NCBI GenBank assembly: GCA_951406725.2
Contig: OX597832.1
Location: forward strand, 41,540,001-41,604,000
Source: Octopus vulgaris
Lineage: Eukaryota
Length of the DNA: 64,000 nt
Direction: 5' to 3'
Both the position numbers and the translations under genes were made by a program. Position 1 is the stretch's first letter, and every line of letters begins with the position of its first letter. The notes under the pieces were generated by a model. The model saw only the letters and a list, made by a program, of their open reading frames with translations, was not told the DNA's origin and ran no database searches. Below, in pieces: positions 63,051-64,000 of the stretch.

Positions 63051-63314
63051 GGTGTCAATGATGAAAACAATGGAAATCAAGGAGCAAGACGATAAAAATG
63101 ATGCTGCAGAGGAAGATATGAACAAAGATGAGAAGCATGAAAAGAGCAGTTTAGGATATGGAGGTAGGTAGTCTAAGACTGTTGTTCTTTATCCGCAAGT
63201 CAGTTCTGATAAAAGAGAATTCCCTGATCAGATATTCAATATTTCCTTCAGACTTGGCCCATGTAGAACCATATCATTATTCAACATCTACATTGTTTTG
63301 CTTGTTTTTTCTTT

Positions 63315-63672
63315 TCTGATCGTGGCCGTTGCCAGCCTCGCCTGGCCCCCGTGCTGGTGGTACGTAGCACCATCCATTCGTGGCTGTTGCCAGCCTCGCC
63401 TGGCCCCCGTGTTGGTGGCACGTAAAAGCACCATCCGTTCGTGGCCGTTTGCCAGTTCCATCTGGCACCTGTGCGGGTGGCACGTAAAAAGCACCCACTA
63501 CACTCACAGAGTGGTTGGCGTTAGGAAGGGCATCCAGCCGTAGAAACATTACCAGATCAGACTGGGCCTGATGCAGCCTTCTGGCTTCACAGACCCCAGT
63601 TGAACCGTCCAACCCATGCTAGCATGGAAAGCAGACGCTAAATGATGATGATGATGATGATGATGATGATGT
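63315..63672 (+). mobile_element. SINE family C with ~3 internal units
   Basis: Reverse orientation relative to 55763-56340; (GAT)n tail. Confidence 0.85.
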
Positions 63673-64000
63673 TGGAATTTGAGGGAAATTTGGTTGCAAT
63701 TTTTGCAAGTCAAGTGAGCACATATACATTTTTCTCTTTGGCCCATCTCTTGTCGATGTTGTGTGATGTGGATGTTGATAATGCACCAAAGATCAGCCCT
63801 GAGTAAGCATGCATTTTCAAAAATAGCTGGATGTGATCTGAGATAGATTTGATGGCTATTTCTAGCAGGTCAGGCCACTATGTAGAGCAGCGATTAGCCG
63901 ACAAGACCCACATATAATATTATTTTTATGTTTAAGATCGTTACCAACGTCGCTTCACTGGCACCTGTGTCGGTGGCACGTGTAAAAAGATTCGAGCAAG

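Noticed and set aside
62393-63171. Poly-K, poly-S, poly-F and poly-E/D ORFs
   Set aside because: Translations of (GAA/GAT/AAT)n microsatellite with a frameshift near 62750; no splice or domain support

Overview
AT-rich, intron/intergenic-type eukaryotic DNA saturated with microsatellites and interspersed repeats. The repeat families look like those of a coleoid cephalopod (Octopus-like; inference from SINE families, not confirmed). Contents: at least four tRNA-derived or SINE-like families (about 40 copies, often nested), decayed RTE, Jockey/CR1-like and Penelope retroelement fragments, mariner remnants, piggyBac-, hAT-, Tc1/mariner- and Mutator-like MITEs, and one non-autonomous Helitron. 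No complete protein-coding gene is recognisable, and almost all ORF-track entries are microsatellite or repeat artefacts. A CpG-rich domain (~25.5-38.5 kb) carries CCAAT/GC boxes and several minus-strand splice donors, which suggests a promoter region with alternative 5' exons. Two candidate coding exons lie on the minus strand (55130-55401, 62293-62383). The most notable signal is a dispersed ~200-bp element inserted in (TA)n tracts that carries a minimal hammerhead-ribozyme core (Penelope/retrozyme-like). There are also several near-perfect 70-140 nt hairpins. Repeat boundaries are read by eye and are approximate to a few bases.
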